This document shows, piece after piece, positions 1 to 12,205 of a stretch of 64,000 nt of DNA. How positions within the stretch are numbered: the first letter of the stretch is position 1; every line of letters begins with the position of its first letter. The stretch is from Octopus vulgaris (taxonomy: Eukaryota). Both the position numbers and the translations under genes were made by a program. Location: positions 84,506,001-84,570,000 of the forward strand of contig OX597822.1 of the NCBI GenBank assembly GCA_951406725.2. Direction: 5' to 3'. The notes beneath the pieces were generated by a model that did not search any database, had not been told where the DNA came from, and worked only from the letters and a program-made list of their open reading frames with translations.

Positions 1-144
1 TGAAAATCTTTGTAAACTGTTCAGAGCAGACACTTAAGAGAGAGGTTAAAAAAGGAAAAATAATATCTAAAACTGTCTAATGACAATTTTAATTCTAAAG
101 TGATTGTTCTAAACTTGCCCTTGAAAATCACATTTAAAAGTATT

Positions 145-243
145 TTAGGACAAATTGGCCAGTGATGAATTGATCTGGGGATGAATTGATTGGGAACAAA
201 TTAACCGATGATGAAATAACCAGGGACGAATTTTCCTAGCACT
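145..243. mobile_element. Probable DNA transposon terminus with short subterminal repeats
   Basis: About six ~15-16 bp repeats of the form ggg/gat-gaatt ending in cctagcac; family not identified. Confidence 0.35.
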
Positions 244-407
244 ATGTGGAACTAAGAAGGGATAATTTTAAGGTTTTTAAATATGAACGAATCTTTATAA
301 ATTTGTGAAATTTCAAAATTTTTCAGGTGAAAATTTAGCTTTTTCTTTGAAAGAGAGATCTATAAAATTTGCATATGAATAAATATTATAATTTGAAATA
401 ATATACA

Positions 408-608
408 TTATTTACATTTGACGGATATTTGTCCTCATCTTCATCAGGTGTCTTGGGGAAATTTCGAACCTAGGTTTTCATTCCTAAGGTATTTTTCAAT
501 GTTGTTATCATTATTATTCAGAGGTTACTGCCTGGAATCGAACTTGGAATCTTGGGGTTAGTAGCCTGTGCTCTTAACCACTACGCCATATGCCCACGGG
601 CATATGGC
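408..608 (-). mobile_element. tRNA-derived SINE-like element
   Basis: Minus strand has A-box TGGCGTAGTGG and B-box-like AGTTCGATTCC; no proper acceptor stem. Confidence 0.6.
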
Positions 609-974
609 ATTAAAATAATTTATGTAAAATAATGTATTTTGTAGGATTACATCAAATCAATGTGTTAACTACTAATAGCTACTAAGAAATTTTGTGTAGA
701 AACAAAACCGTAGTTTAATCAAAATACAGTTAAAAAATTCATCAAATTAAAAGAATGTTTGTGAAAATCAATACAATTGAAAATAAGCAAGATTATAAAT
801 AATTATAAAGTAACATTAGTGCAGATAAGGGGAAATACAAAAATGCCCCTTCATAATTTGCTAATGTCTACAAGGGAGATTACAAAGCATCTCTATCTAT
901 AATAAGATTATCTTTTGTTTTTTTACCATAAATTTATCTTAGGAATCATTAAGAAGAATTCTTATGTTTGGGCA

Positions 975-1300
975 GTGAAGGTACTTGGCTTAGTGATTTG
1001 GGGTATTTGGCCTACGACTGTTAGGTTGTGAGTTCGATTCCTGATGGTGCCTTGTGCTCTTAAGCAAGGCAGTTCATTTCTTGTTGCTCCAGTCAGCCCA
1101 TCTGGCAACAGTGAGTAGTATTTCAAAGGGCCAGCCTTGTCACGTTCAGTGTGAAGCTGAATAACACTGAGAACTAGGTTAAGAGCATGTGTGTCTGTGG
1201 AGTGCTCAGCCACTTGCATGTTAATATCATGAACAGGCTGTTCCTTTGCTGGGATCAACTGGAACCCTCATCATTGTAACCAACAGAACGCCAGAGTGGT
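975..1300 (+). mobile_element. tRNA-derived SINE, family C
   Basis: tggcttagtg...gagttcgattcc head; body aligns by eye with 47808-48130 and 54362-54734. Confidence 0.75.
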
Positions 1301-1723
1301 TGGCACCTCATTTGCTTTGTCTTTGATAGAAAACAAATCAACTGTAATTGAGCAAACCTATAACCAAAGACAGTCAATCCATGACCATCCCATCTCTGTT
1401 TAAGGGTAGTGTATCTAGATTATATAATCTTGGATATGCCCCTTCCATTTTTAAAATGGTGGGATATTTCTCACAGGTGACCAAACAGTTCTTTATGGTT
1501 CTGAAATGCTTTTATGTTAAGGAGTCTGGTAACACTGAAATGAAACATGATGGAGGGTGGGGAAGGCTTTGACTTTGAAGAAATGAATGAAGTCTACTAC
1601 ATCTATTGGGTAATTTTTCTTTATAAATTCATTTTCACACACACACACATTTCATTTCCCGTGGTCTAATTTATTTCTGTCGAGAGTTACGAAATAATTA
1701 ATTCTTGTTTAAAACACTTTCAG

Positions 1724-1846
1724 GAAGATACTTTGGCTGAGGCGAGACAAGTTGAAACAGAATCTGCTTCTTACCTGGAAATGATTTCACGCTATTTTGT
1801 AACTCGAGCGAAATTGGTGTCAAAAGTTGCTAAGTATCCTCACATA
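1724..1846 (+). CDS. PSME3: Proteasome activator subunit 3 (PA28-gamma), internal coding exon
   Basis: Acceptor tttcag at 1718-1723, donor gtaagt at 1847; 123 bp phase 0; translates EDTLAEARQVETESASYLEMISRYFVTRAKLVSKVAKYPHI, matching the PA28-gamma segment EETVAELRTVESEAASYLDQISRYYITRAKLVSKIAKYPHV as recalled. Confidence 0.96.
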
Positions 1847-2135
1847 GTAAGTATAATCTACCATAATTTTGTACAAGAATTCAGCAGAAATAAAAAAAAA
1901 AAAAACCACTCATTGCATGAAATGTCTTAGAAGTAGAACGAATTTTTTTCTTTGTTGATTTATATCGGAGTTTTTCAAACTTTTCAGGCCACTGCACCCC
2001 CACCTCCATGCCCACAATATACCCTCAGTAGCCCCACCCTTATTTTTATGTGTAAATAAATATTTTATATTTTACTAATTTATATATACTATGAATCATT
2101 TGATATTTAATATAATATTATATAATTTGTATAGA

Positions 2136-2475
2136 GGCTGTGTGGCAAGAGGATTGCTTCCCAATCACATGATTTCGGGTTCAGTCCCACTGCGTGGCAC
2201 CTTGGGCAAGTCTCTTCTACTATAGCCTTGGGCCGACCAAAGCCTTGTGAGTGAATTTGGTAGGCAGAAACTGAAAGAAGCCTGTCATATATATATGTGT
2301 GTTTGTGTTTGTCCCCCCATCATCGCTTGACAACCGATGTTTGTGTGTTTACGTCCCCGTAACTTAGCGGTTCGGCAAAAGATACCGATAGAATAAGTAC
2401 AGGGGTCAATTCATTCAACTAAAGGCAGTACTTCAGCATGGCTGCAGTCAAATGACTGAAACCAGTAAAAGAGTA
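2136..2475 (+). mobile_element. tRNA-derived SINE, family A
   Basis: ggctgtgtgg...gggttcagtcccactgcgtggcaccttgggcaag head, internal microsatellite, cagcatggctgcagtcaaatgactgaa tail; more than 10 copies in window. Confidence 0.85.
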
Positions 2476-2804
2476 AATACTATAATAATATTATAATAAA
2501 TTCATAGCATCCCCCAATCCACTGCCTTCCTCCCAACACCTTTTTCTGTACTGCTCCTTTAGGCACCAGTGCCCACCTGGACCGTCTCAACGGCCACCGG
2601 GGTGGAGTGGGGAGACACTAGTGCCCACTTTGAGAACCTATAATTGATATTCTTGTTACAACGCAGCTAACTGCATGTGAAGATGAGATTTATCATCTCC
2701 AGTATGTAGGAAAATAAGGAAAATAGTGAAAGCATTCACTGATAACACGAATAACTGACTGGTTGAGTAAAAATCTGTTATATTCAATAGATATGCTTTA
2801 AATA

Positions 2805-3715
2805 CGGAGTGTTCAAAAGTCTCTCTGCAGTATTTTATTGCAAAATAATATTTATATGAAGGTATAAGACTACAAAAGAATATATTAGACTTTACAAGAC
2901 TTTAAAAAACTGGGGCTAATTCAGTTTCACACCTCTCCTTGAAAAATGCATCTTTTTGAAAAAATTTTTTGGATTTCTACGTTTTAGATGTCAGTGATTA
3001 CAAATATGCAAAAAAATTTTTTTTTAATTTTACCCCCTCCCATTAAAATTTTTGATTTTGTTTACTTTAAAGAGATTGTAACAAATGAAATATACACCAC
3101 ATTCCCATGTGAGCCATTTTATGAGAAACGAACATTAATATTTTAATAATTAATGTTATAAAGTTTAACAAGGGGCTCAAATTTCACCCCTCCCCAATTA
3201 AAAATTTTGAACTTTTTCAACCATTTATGTATCTGTCTATCTATTTATCCCTGTCCGTAATATATGTCAACTAAATGTGGCAGTCCTATAGAAGATGGTG
3301 TTACTGTTGTTTTTAGCCCTTGGAAGACATATCTATCTATCTCTATCTATATGCTTATTGAATTTAAAATCTTGAAAACATGTGTTTTTTGCATATCCAG
3401 AATCTCTGTCATCTAAAACAAAGGGATAAAAAGTTCAAAATTTTAAATGGATGGGGGAGTGATTGTGGAGGGAGGGGTAATTTTATTATTTTTGCATATT
3501 CGTAATCTTCAACATCTAAAATATAGGAATCTGAAAAAATATTTTCAAAAAAATGCATTTTTCAAGGAGAGGTGTGAAACTGCATTAGCCCCCAAAAAAC
3601 TTTATAAGAGGTGGTCGGCCTTCGTTTTCAATACCCAAGTTGACTCTTTCTAACATGTTTTGAAATAAATCTTGGATGAAAAATTTCACTGCAGAGAGAC
3701 TTTTTGAACACCCTG
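2805..3715. mobile_element. Non-autonomous Tc1/mariner-type element in PSME3 intron
   Basis: TIRs cggagtgttcaaaagtctctctgcagt / actgcagagagactttttgaacaccctg, flanked by TA on both sides; long internal inverted repeat. Confidence 0.85.
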
Positions 3716-3819
3716 TATATGATAAATACATTTAGGTATTTTCCCCCTGTCAGTTATTGGTTGTAGTTTTTTACAAAAATAAGTTTGTTTGCTTCAATCA
3801 AGATGCTATTCTTTTCCAG

Positions 3820-3906
3820 GATGATTACCGGCAATCAGTACGAGAGCTAGATGAGAAGGAGTACATCAGCTTGCGTCTCATGACCTGTGAACTCAGAAAC
3901 CACTAT
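3820..3906 (+). CDS. PSME3: PA28-gamma penultimate coding exon
   Basis: Acceptor cttttccag, donor gtaagt at 3907; 87 bp phase 0; DDYRQSVRELDEKEYISLRLMTCELRNHY, with the conserved DEKEYISLRL. Confidence 0.96.
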
Positions 3907-3911
3907 GTAAG

Positions 3912-4540
3912 TACTTGTGTGTGTTAAGAAGCTTGCTTCCCAACCACATGGTTCTGGGTTCAGTCCCACTGCGTGACACCTTGGTAAATGTTTTATTCTA
4001 CGGGCTCAGGCCCACCAAAGCCTTGTGAGTGGGTTTGGTTGATAAACTGAAAAAGCCTGGTGCATGTGTGTGTTCGTGTCTGTTTGTCCCCAAGCCATCA
4101 CTTGACAACTGATGTTGGTGTGTTTATGTTCCCATAACTTAGGGGTTTGGCAAAGGATCTGATAGAATAAGTCTTAGGCTTACAAAGAGTAAGTCAGGTT
4201 GATGTCTGCAACTAAAAACTCTTTAAGGTGGTGCTCCAGCATGGCTGCAGTCAAATGACTGAAACAAGTAACATAATAACAGAATAAAGCCTTGTGAATG
4301 GATTTTGTCAACAGAAACTGGCAGAAGCCTCTGTGTGTGTGTGTCTGTCTCTCACCACTGCTGACAACTGGTGTTGTGTTTACATCTTCGTAACCTAGCA
4401 GTTTGGTGAAAGAGACTGACAGAATATGTACCAAGCTTAGAAAAAGGTAAAAAAAGCACTGGGGTTGATTTATTGAACTGAAATTCTTGAAAGAGGTGTT
4501 CCAGCATGGCTGCAGTCTAGTGACTGGAACAAGTAAAAGA
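3912..4540 (+). mobile_element. SINE family A, one full copy plus tandem 5'-truncated copy
   Basis: Same head/body/tail as 2136-2475; second body starts at about 4285. Confidence 0.8.
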
Positions 4541-4559
4541 TCCATGCAGATTGTTGTAA

Positions 4560-5200
4560 TGTTGGGCATTTGAAGGCATCTTTTCCCATGTACTCTTGTT
4601 AATTTATTGCTCTATGCACATCTGTCATGAACAAAATCTGGTCCAATAATTTGATAGCCCTGTAAATTTCCTCTTTCTAAGGCATTTCCTTTGTCCTTGT
4701 AACACTTGACTACAGTGCTGTTCTGCCAGGCATTAGGTTTGTCCCTGTTCAACCTGGCTGACTAAGCTGTTCTTAATTCTGCCAACATTTTAAGCAACTT
4801 GGCGCTTAACTCCTGATGCACCTAGGGCTTTCCTGCTTTCATATCCTTAATTGCTCTATCATAGTGCTGTTGACTAGTGTAGCTTGTCCCTCTGTTGGGT
4901 GCACATTGGGAAGGCCCTCTTTCTTTCATTTATTCTCTACATTTAATAACCTTTCATTGTAGCTCCTTACATATCTTTTTCTTTACAGAACCACTAAGTG
5001 CAAGTGCACCATTGTCCAGCCATTTACAAATCTCACCCACTTCATGATTCTCTGGCAGACCTGCAATCCACAACTCCTCTTGCTTCTGCTCCTTATGCTT
5101 TATAACATCGGCAAACCTCTCATGTTCAGTTTCTTTCCATTGATAAGTCCACCTATTGCCTAACTTCTCTTTCGGCAACCTGGTATAATTCTCTTCTTAT
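4560..5200 (-). mobile_element. Degenerate RTE-type LINE fragment
   Basis: Minus strand gives CYKDKGNALERGN.(Y)RAIKLLDQ-like RT domain start with frameshifts and stops. Confidence 0.55.
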
Positions 5201-5901
5201 CTCTTTCTTTAATCTTTTTTCCCCAGTTTTCAAGTTTATATACATTAAGAATATCGGGGACTCTGTTTCTGTTGATGTGAATTTATTCTGAATTTTATTA
5301 GAATTTAGTTCTACATCAACACATCAAAATTAGAGAATTGTTTTTATTTTTAGACTCAAACTTATTAGTTAAAGCATTTAGGAACTGATGGTAGATGATG
5401 TGAAGTTTCTCTGTGAAGTAGAAGTTGTGGAAATTCAATCCGTTCCTGTTTTCTTGAATCTTGTCTGATGCTGGCCATGAAACAGTTTCTTCTTCCGTAG
5501 CATCGGATTGTGAGGAGTTGGTTAGATACAACTGTATTACTAGTTTTGTGGCAGACAACCTGTGTTGTTTAATCTGTCGTCATTGCCAGTCTCTTTCTTC
5601 CTTCTTCCTCCCTTCCATCACTCTCAGAGATTTGCAAAGAAGTTGTCAGGCTCTTTCTCCTCTGCCATCTTCTACTCCCTTTGATGATCATACTCCACTG
5701 GTTGAATCTTGTAAAATGGTCATATTCAGCCATCTATCAGTGTTTCAATGTTTGGAATTAGAATAACAAGGATTGGCACAGTGGTCAGTTGTTTTATTAG
5801 TCCTGCTCTGATGGTACATACCCACAAAATCAAAGACATTCCAGTCATGACAGTCCCTTCTGTTTTTCAGACTGTCTATCAAGGACAACGCTTATCGAAT
5901 G

Positions 5902-6128
5902 CAGTGTTTCTCAACCCTTTTTGCCTGTGGACCCCTTTGATTCCCACTGTACTCAACTGGACCCTCACAGCCGTTCGATGTTTAAAAAATCCCATTATGT
6001 TTTTATAATCAAATATTATAAGGAACTGTATTAAAAAAAATTGTTAAACTATTATTGCCGGTAAATTTTAACAACAAAATCTTACATGAGTCCCCAAGAG
6101 TCACATGAATGCTGTTTGAGAACCACTG
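5902..6128. mobile_element. hAT (Charlie-like) MITE
   Basis: TIRs cagtgtttctcaac / tttgagaaccactg; 8-bp flanks atcgaatg / atttaatg (6/8). Confidence 0.8.
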
Positions 6129-6161
6129 ATTTAATGTCCCTTTTATTTTAAAATGATAGGC

Positions 6162-6319
6162 CAGTGATTCTCAACCTGGGGCCTGTGGACCCCTGGCAGG
6201 GGAGTGGTGGTCTGTGAACTAAATTCAAAATTTCATATATAAATATATACACAAGGATAAGCATATTAGAAGGGATCTGTAGGGAAAACTCATTTAAATA
6301 AATGGGTTGGGAACCACTG
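6162..6319. mobile_element. hAT (Charlie-like) MITE
   Basis: TIRs cagtgattctcaacc / ggttgggaaccactg; 8-bp flanks tgataggc / taataggt (6/8). Confidence 0.8.
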
Positions 6320-7017
6320 TAATAGGTTGTGGTTAGGTTACACTTGGTCGCTTTGGTTTATCACAGATTCAGTCCATTTGTAATCTTCCTGACAGTCCCT
6401 GTTCTGATTTTGTTGACAGCTGTGGACTTTGAAAAAATTTCAATAGCTGGATTTAACATTGATTAGCACACCTTATGAGTTTAATTAAATTATTAGATTT
6501 CTCAATAGCACAAGGAATTTTGTTTTGTAGATTGTTTTCTAAACAGGAACAAATTAACAAAATGAAATAACAAAATAATGATAAATCATCACCCTTTGTC
6601 ATCGCTTTCCATGTTTGTTTTCAGTGTTGGCATGGTTGGAACAAGTCTATTGTATTGCATTTTATTTTTTCTTCTTGATTTAGATTTTCATCAACAGCCA
6701 AAAGCTGTAAACTGTTGGTGTACAAAAAGCTGTCATTGGCATTGATTGATTGTTTGGAATTATGAATGAGCCAGTGACAGAGAAGGCTAACCACACCAAC
6801 TTCTGCAATCTAGTGATGCTTAATAGGCCGATATAATTAGTTAAAAATGCTAAGATGGTAGAGAGAGAGAGAGAGAGACCTAGTTGCTTAACTTTTACTT
6901 AAGGATGTGAATTGAGGGAGATTTAGTTGATGGATCATATAGGAGTGGTGGTGTTGGCACATAAATTATGTATTGTTGTAACATTAAACTATAGTTGTTG
7001 TTTCCCTTTATTTGCAG

Positions 7018-7098
7018 GCATCTTTACATGATGTTGTCATGAAGAATATTGAGAAAATCAAGAAACCACGTTCAGCCAATGCAGAGAATCTCTATTAA
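7018..7098 (+). CDS. PSME3: PA28-gamma terminal coding exon
   Basis: Acceptor ttcctttatttgcag; ASLHDVVMKNIEKIKKPRSANAENLY-stop (TAA 7096-7098), the characteristic KNIEKIKxPRS..AExLY C-terminus. Confidence 0.96.
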   Translation, partial: ASLHDVVMKNIEKIKKPRSANAENLY

Positions 7099-7591
7099 AA
7101 CTTCATATGTTCACAGTCTTAAACAAAATATTTACAAAAAAAAAAGCAAAAATGAAAAAAGAAAAAGTCAAAAAACTGAGATAAGAAATATCTACATTCC
7201 GGGTTTAGTTACCTTTTTTTAAAATTTTATTTCAACTATTTTTAAGACATTTTTTTTCTCAAAAAACAAATATTTAAGGCCATTAAAAAAAAAAAGAAAT
7301 AATGACATCAGTTTAATCAAATTAAAACAATAGTCCATACCAAAAAACACAACCTAAATATCATAAAACATTAAAAACTTAAGGAATTGGTCAAACCTCC
7401 ATATTTTTCCCCCCCCAATTTTGTTGTCTTCTTTTATCTCATTTTTTGACATTCTTCTTCAAATATCAGCTCACTTGGTATCTCCAATGTCGCTAGTTTG
7501 CCCAGAATGAGTTTGGGCAACAAGGGCTCAGGATCAGGAAAAAGGGAGCAGCAATTAATGCCAACTTGCATGCTTCTGTTTCATATCTAAG

Positions 7592-7597
7592 AATAAA
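7592..7597 (+). promoter_or_regulatory. Candidate polyadenylation signal for PSME3
   Basis: AATAAA about 500 bp after the stop, followed by a T-rich tract; ATTAAA variants occur earlier so the used site is uncertain. Confidence 0.35.
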
Positions 7598-7846
7598 GCT
7601 GCCAATTTTTCATTTTTTTTCCTTCTCATTTTATAACTTGTCTTTTTCGTTTTCATTCTTGTGTGTGTTTAATCTCATCATAATCTATTGTCTGTTTTCC
7701 ATGCTCAATGGACTGAACAACAATGAATGGCCACTTGCAATGGACATTTGTCCACCTCCAGCCACAGCCTAAGACCTGAACCGTATAAAAGAACAAGCCA
7801 AAATCATGAATCTGTGGTGTCATGCTTTCTCTATGACTGGATGCTT

Positions 7847-8134
7847 TTCCTGTGTCTTCTACATGTCTTAATCCATTCCTGTGTCTTCTACATGTCTTAA
7901 TCCATTCCTGTGTCTTCTACATGTCTTAATCCTTTCCTGTGTCTTCTACATGTCTTAATCCTTTCCTGTGTCTCCTACATGTCTTAATCCTTTCCTTTGT
8001 CTTATACATGCTTTAATCCTTTCCTGTGTCTCCTCCACGTCTTAATCCTTTCCTGTCTCCTACATGTCTTAAGCCTTTCCTTTGTTTTATACATGTCTTA
8101 ATCCTTTCCTGTGTCTCCTACATGTCTTAATCCT
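7847..8134. repeat. 29-bp minisatellite, about 10 copies
   Basis: Unit ttcctgtgtcttctacatgtcttaatcc(a/t), period 29 (7851, 7880, 7909...). Confidence 0.95.
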
Positions 8135-8754
8135 TTTGGGGGGGACAGTGTTTTGGTTTGTGTTACCAAAAAGATCAAAGCTTTCTGTTGAGATTGAAAT
8201 TAATCGGTGCATTTAGAAACCAAAGATAAGATGCCTAAAACTTCTTTATTAGTATGTAAAACTATATTACGATAGCTAATAGACTACTAAGTACATCTAT
8301 GACAATAAGTAAACCTAAAACAACACAATTCATGTAAATAAAGAAAACAACCAGCTTAAATGGTTCGGTGACAACAGGAAAACCCGTCCAACCCATGCCG
8401 GTATGAAAAGTGGACATTAAATGATGATGATGATATAATGTATATATCAGTACATAGCAGAAAGTCACGCTTCACACAAGTATCATTTCTTTTCTCATTT
8501 TGTTTTTTATTCTACTTTGATAAAAAGTTGACCCACAACGCCAGCCGACTTATTCTCTGTTTTTATTATTATTTTTTATTAAGCAAACAATTTACTTTGA
8601 TTTGTGTGTTTACATTTTCCCATTACTTTTTGAATTTTTGTCTATCTGTTGTAATTTCTCACATTGTCCAACTATTCATCTCTTATTCCCCTTGTTCTAT
8701 TCATGCTATTTCATCTCTCTCTCTCTCTTTGTATGTATGTATATATATATATAT

Positions 8755-9080
8755 AGCCATGTACAGAGATGCCGTAAGTAAGGTTAGGGTTGGCAACATG
8801 TACACAGAAGAATTCAAAGTAGAGGTTGGGGTCCACCAGGGTTCAGTACTCAGCCCCCTCCTATTTATCATAGTCCTCCAGGCAATTACGGAGGAATTCA
8901 AGACAGGTTGCCCCTGGGAGCTCCTCTATGCTGACGACCTTGCTCTAATTGCTGAGTCACTATCAGAACTGGAGGAGAAGTTCCAGGTGTGGAAGGAGGA
9001 TTTAGAATCGAGGGGCCTTAGAGTCAACCTAGCTAAAACCAAAGTACTAATTAGTAGGAAGGTAGACAATCCACAAATGT
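8755..9080 (+). mobile_element. RTE-type LINE reverse transcriptase fragment
   Basis: Open frame with GVHQGSVLSPLLF, LLYADDLAL and GLRVNLAKTK motifs. Confidence 0.92.
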
Positions 9081-9436
9081 AATCTTGATCTCCAACTTAA
9101 TGTGAATGTTTTGTTGGAACACAAAATACTGTTATCTACCTTGAAAGGACTTCTTTAATAGACTTGTGGTGCACAAAAGCACTTGTATTTATATCGTTGA
9201 CAGACAACATCTGTGGCCACCAGAACTGTCAGATCACGTGATTTCGCTCTGCCTGGCCTCATCAGCGACAGGCATGTGGTACTGGCATAAGAGTTGAATA
9301 TCTCACAATTCCAGTGGCTGTAGCAAACGATATAAACACAAGTGCTTCTTTGCACCACGAGTCCTTATGAGAAATCCATTCATGATAAATAATGCAGTCA
9401 TCTGTGTTCTAACACAACCTCCACATTAAGTTGGAG
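9081..9436. mobile_element. Unclassified foldback MITE
   Basis: 9081-9123 is inverted at 9403-9436; 9167-9199 is inverted at about 9323-9358; related sequence at 10110-10441 and 61600-61800. Confidence 0.65.
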
Positions 9437-9444
9437 GTAATTCA

Positions 9445-10105
9445 TTATCATCATCGTTTAACGTCCACTTTCCATGCTGGCATGGGTTGGACGGTTTGAC
9501 TGAGGACTGGTAAGCCAGGAGGTAGCACCAGGCTCCAATCTGATCTGGCAAGATGTCCTTCCCAACACCAACCAGTCCGAGAGTGTAATGAGTGCTTTTT
9601 TACGGACACGAAGGCTAATTAGGCGGTACTGGCATCGACCACGCTCGAAGGGTGCTTTTTACATGCCACCGGCAAGGGAGCCAGTCAGGCGGAACTGGCA
9701 ACGACCACCCTTGAATGGTGCTTTTTCTGTGCCAGTCAGGTGGCACTAGCACTGACTACGTTCGTATGGTGTATTTTATGTACCACCGGCACGGGAGCCA
9801 GTCCAGTGGGACTGGCATCAACCATGCTCGAATGGTGCCTTTTACGCGCCACTGGCACGAGTGCCAATCAGGCGGTACTGGCATCAACCACGACCATGAT
9901 TTTACTTGACTCAACATGTCTTTCCAAGCACAGTATATTGCCCAATGATTGAAGGGTACTCTTAAATGGGCCGGTTATGCGACACTGGCATTGATCACGG
10001 TTACGGTCTCATTTAGCTTGTCGGGTCTTCTCAAGCACTGCCTATCTCCAAAGGTCACAGTTGCTTGTCATTACCTCTGTGAGGCCCAACGTTCGAAGGT
10101 CGTGC
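9445..10105 (-). mobile_element. RTE-type LINE 3' end (ORF C-terminus, 3' UTR with ~60-bp tandem repeats, (GAT)n tail)
   Basis: Minus strand HDLRTLGLTE...DLWR..VLEKTRQAK-stop; tail also seen at 8365-8436. Confidence 0.75.
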
Positions 10106-10523
10106 TGGTATTAATGCTACTGCTCTCATTATCATTTTTTGATAAGCCTTGAGGCTATTTGTGTCATCACTGCTTGAATAGGCAATGATATTGTATATAT
10201 ATCGTTGATGGGAGATTCAGCTGTTATGCCACTGCTGGACATCTGTCACAGAGGAACTCGTTGCAGGGTGAAATCATGTAATCTGGCATTTCTGACAGCC
10301 GAAGCAGTTGGTTCTCGTCTGTGAACGATATAATTACGAGTGTTTTTAGGAACCCCGTGTCCTTAGGAGATATCCTCTTTCAAGGTAACTCAGTATTCTG
10401 TGTTCTAAAGCAGCATCCAAGTTAAACTGGAGATCAAGATTGCCTGTTGGCGTTAATATTGCTTCTATAACTATTAATCACATGCATGCATACATACATG
10501 CACACACACACACACAGACACAC

Positions 10524-10558
<35 letters not shown>

Positions 10559-10590
10559 CATACATACATACATACATACATACATACATG

Positions 10591-10636
<46 letters not shown>

Positions 10637-10722
10637 TACATACATACATACATACACACATCATACATACATACATACATACATACATACATACATAGAT
10701 ACATACATACATAGATACATAC

Positions 10723-10754
<32 letters not shown>

Positions 10755-11161
10755 TGGGTCACCTTCCTTTCTTACTCAGTAGGGAAGGGAATTCTGATAA
10801 AGAGGTTGTTAATTTTGGTGGGTTATCTACGAAAATCTTGAACCTTCAGGAGGAGGGATTTCGATTTTGCAATGTATTAATTCTACTATATCAAGCTGGA
10901 TGACTTAGCAGACTGCTTTATTCTTGGTGTCATGGTGCCAGTAATCGGTATCTATGAACAGGAAAAATTACTCGTGTCTTATTGTTGCCACCAGAAGGAT
11001 GCCCTGTTGATGAGCTTCAGGCCTTTGGCTGCTGATAACCCTGATCTAGCAGCTTAGGCTTAACAGGATTATGGTAGAATATACAATCCCATTGCCTGAA
11101 TAGATTGCAGCCTTAATCATGTCGGCACACGAACACATGTGGTACATAACATCAACAGATA

Positions 11162-11560
11162 GGCGTAGGAGTGGCTGTGTGGTAAGTAGCTTGCTTACGA
11201 ACCAAATGGTTCCGGGTTCAGTCCCACAGTGTGGAACCTTGGGCAAGTGTCTTCTACTATAGCCTCGGGCCGACTAAAGCCTTGTGAGTGGAAACCGAAA
11301 GAAGCCCGTCGTGTGTGTATATATATATATATATATATGTGTGTGTATATGTTTGTGTGTCTGTCCCCCCCACCCCAACATCGCTTGACAACCGATGCTG
11401 GTGTGTTTACGTCTCTGTAACTTAGCGGTTCGGCAAAGAGACCGATAGAATAAGTACTAGGCTTACAAAGAATAAGTCCTGGAGTCGATTTGCTTGACTA
11501 AAGGCGGTGCTCCAGCATGGTCACAGTCAAATGACTTGAAACAAGTAAAAGAGTAAAAAA
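11162..11560 (+). mobile_element. SINE family A
   Basis: Full head, internal (TA)n/(TG)n, tail. Confidence 0.85.
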
Positions 11561-12205
11561 AGACTTAGAGAACTGTTGTAAAAGATTTACACCTAAAAAT
11601 TTGATAAATGATGTCATTATAAGAGCATTAACAATTACTAACTTGAATTAAACAATGTGTGTGTGTGTGTGTGTGTGTGGCGGGGGAGATACTCAGAAGC
11701 TATTTTATATGTCTTGTAGATTCTTTGGTCTCTGTCTCAGAACATCTGATGATGTGTTGGACGTGTCCCAGATCCACAACCTAATGTGGAATTGAGCTGA
11801 GTCAAATTGATACACGCACACGCACGATATGCTGTCGGAAATATAAACCTGACCCACGTGCGTTTTTCCAGTTTTTCCCACTTGTTCTCTCCCGTCTTCT
11901 TTGTCTCCTTTTCCTTCTCACGTTCTTCTCTCCCCAGTTTTCCCTAGACTCTCCATTAGTATTCGACGAAGGAATATGTCCGAAACGTTACACTCTTGTT
12001 CTAGAAATTTTCCTTTAGTTTTTTTTCTTCTTTGAGCGTCAAGCTAAATATTAACAGTTTAACTGTGAACGTTTCTGACCTCTTTCTTGTGTTTGTCTTT
12101 TGCTATTGATGTGCTCTGCCCTGCCCTGCCCTGCCCTGCTCTGTCTGTTTGTCTGGCTGTCTGTTTGTCTGTTTGTTTGTTTGCTTGTTTGTTTGTTTGT
12201 CATTA

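Noticed and set aside
520-600. Functional tRNA gene
   Set aside because: A and B boxes present but no complete cloverleaf; better explained as a SINE head.
1733-1930. ORF as a standalone 65-aa protein
   Set aside because: It is the PSME3 exon read past the donor site at 1847.
7847-8134. CRISPR-like array (29-bp repeats)
   Set aside because: Units are directly abutting with no unique spacers, the context is eukaryotic and no cas genes are present.
8438-9082. 214-aa ORF as a host gene
   Set aside because: N-terminal half is T-rich and microsatellite sequence read through into a LINE RT fragment.
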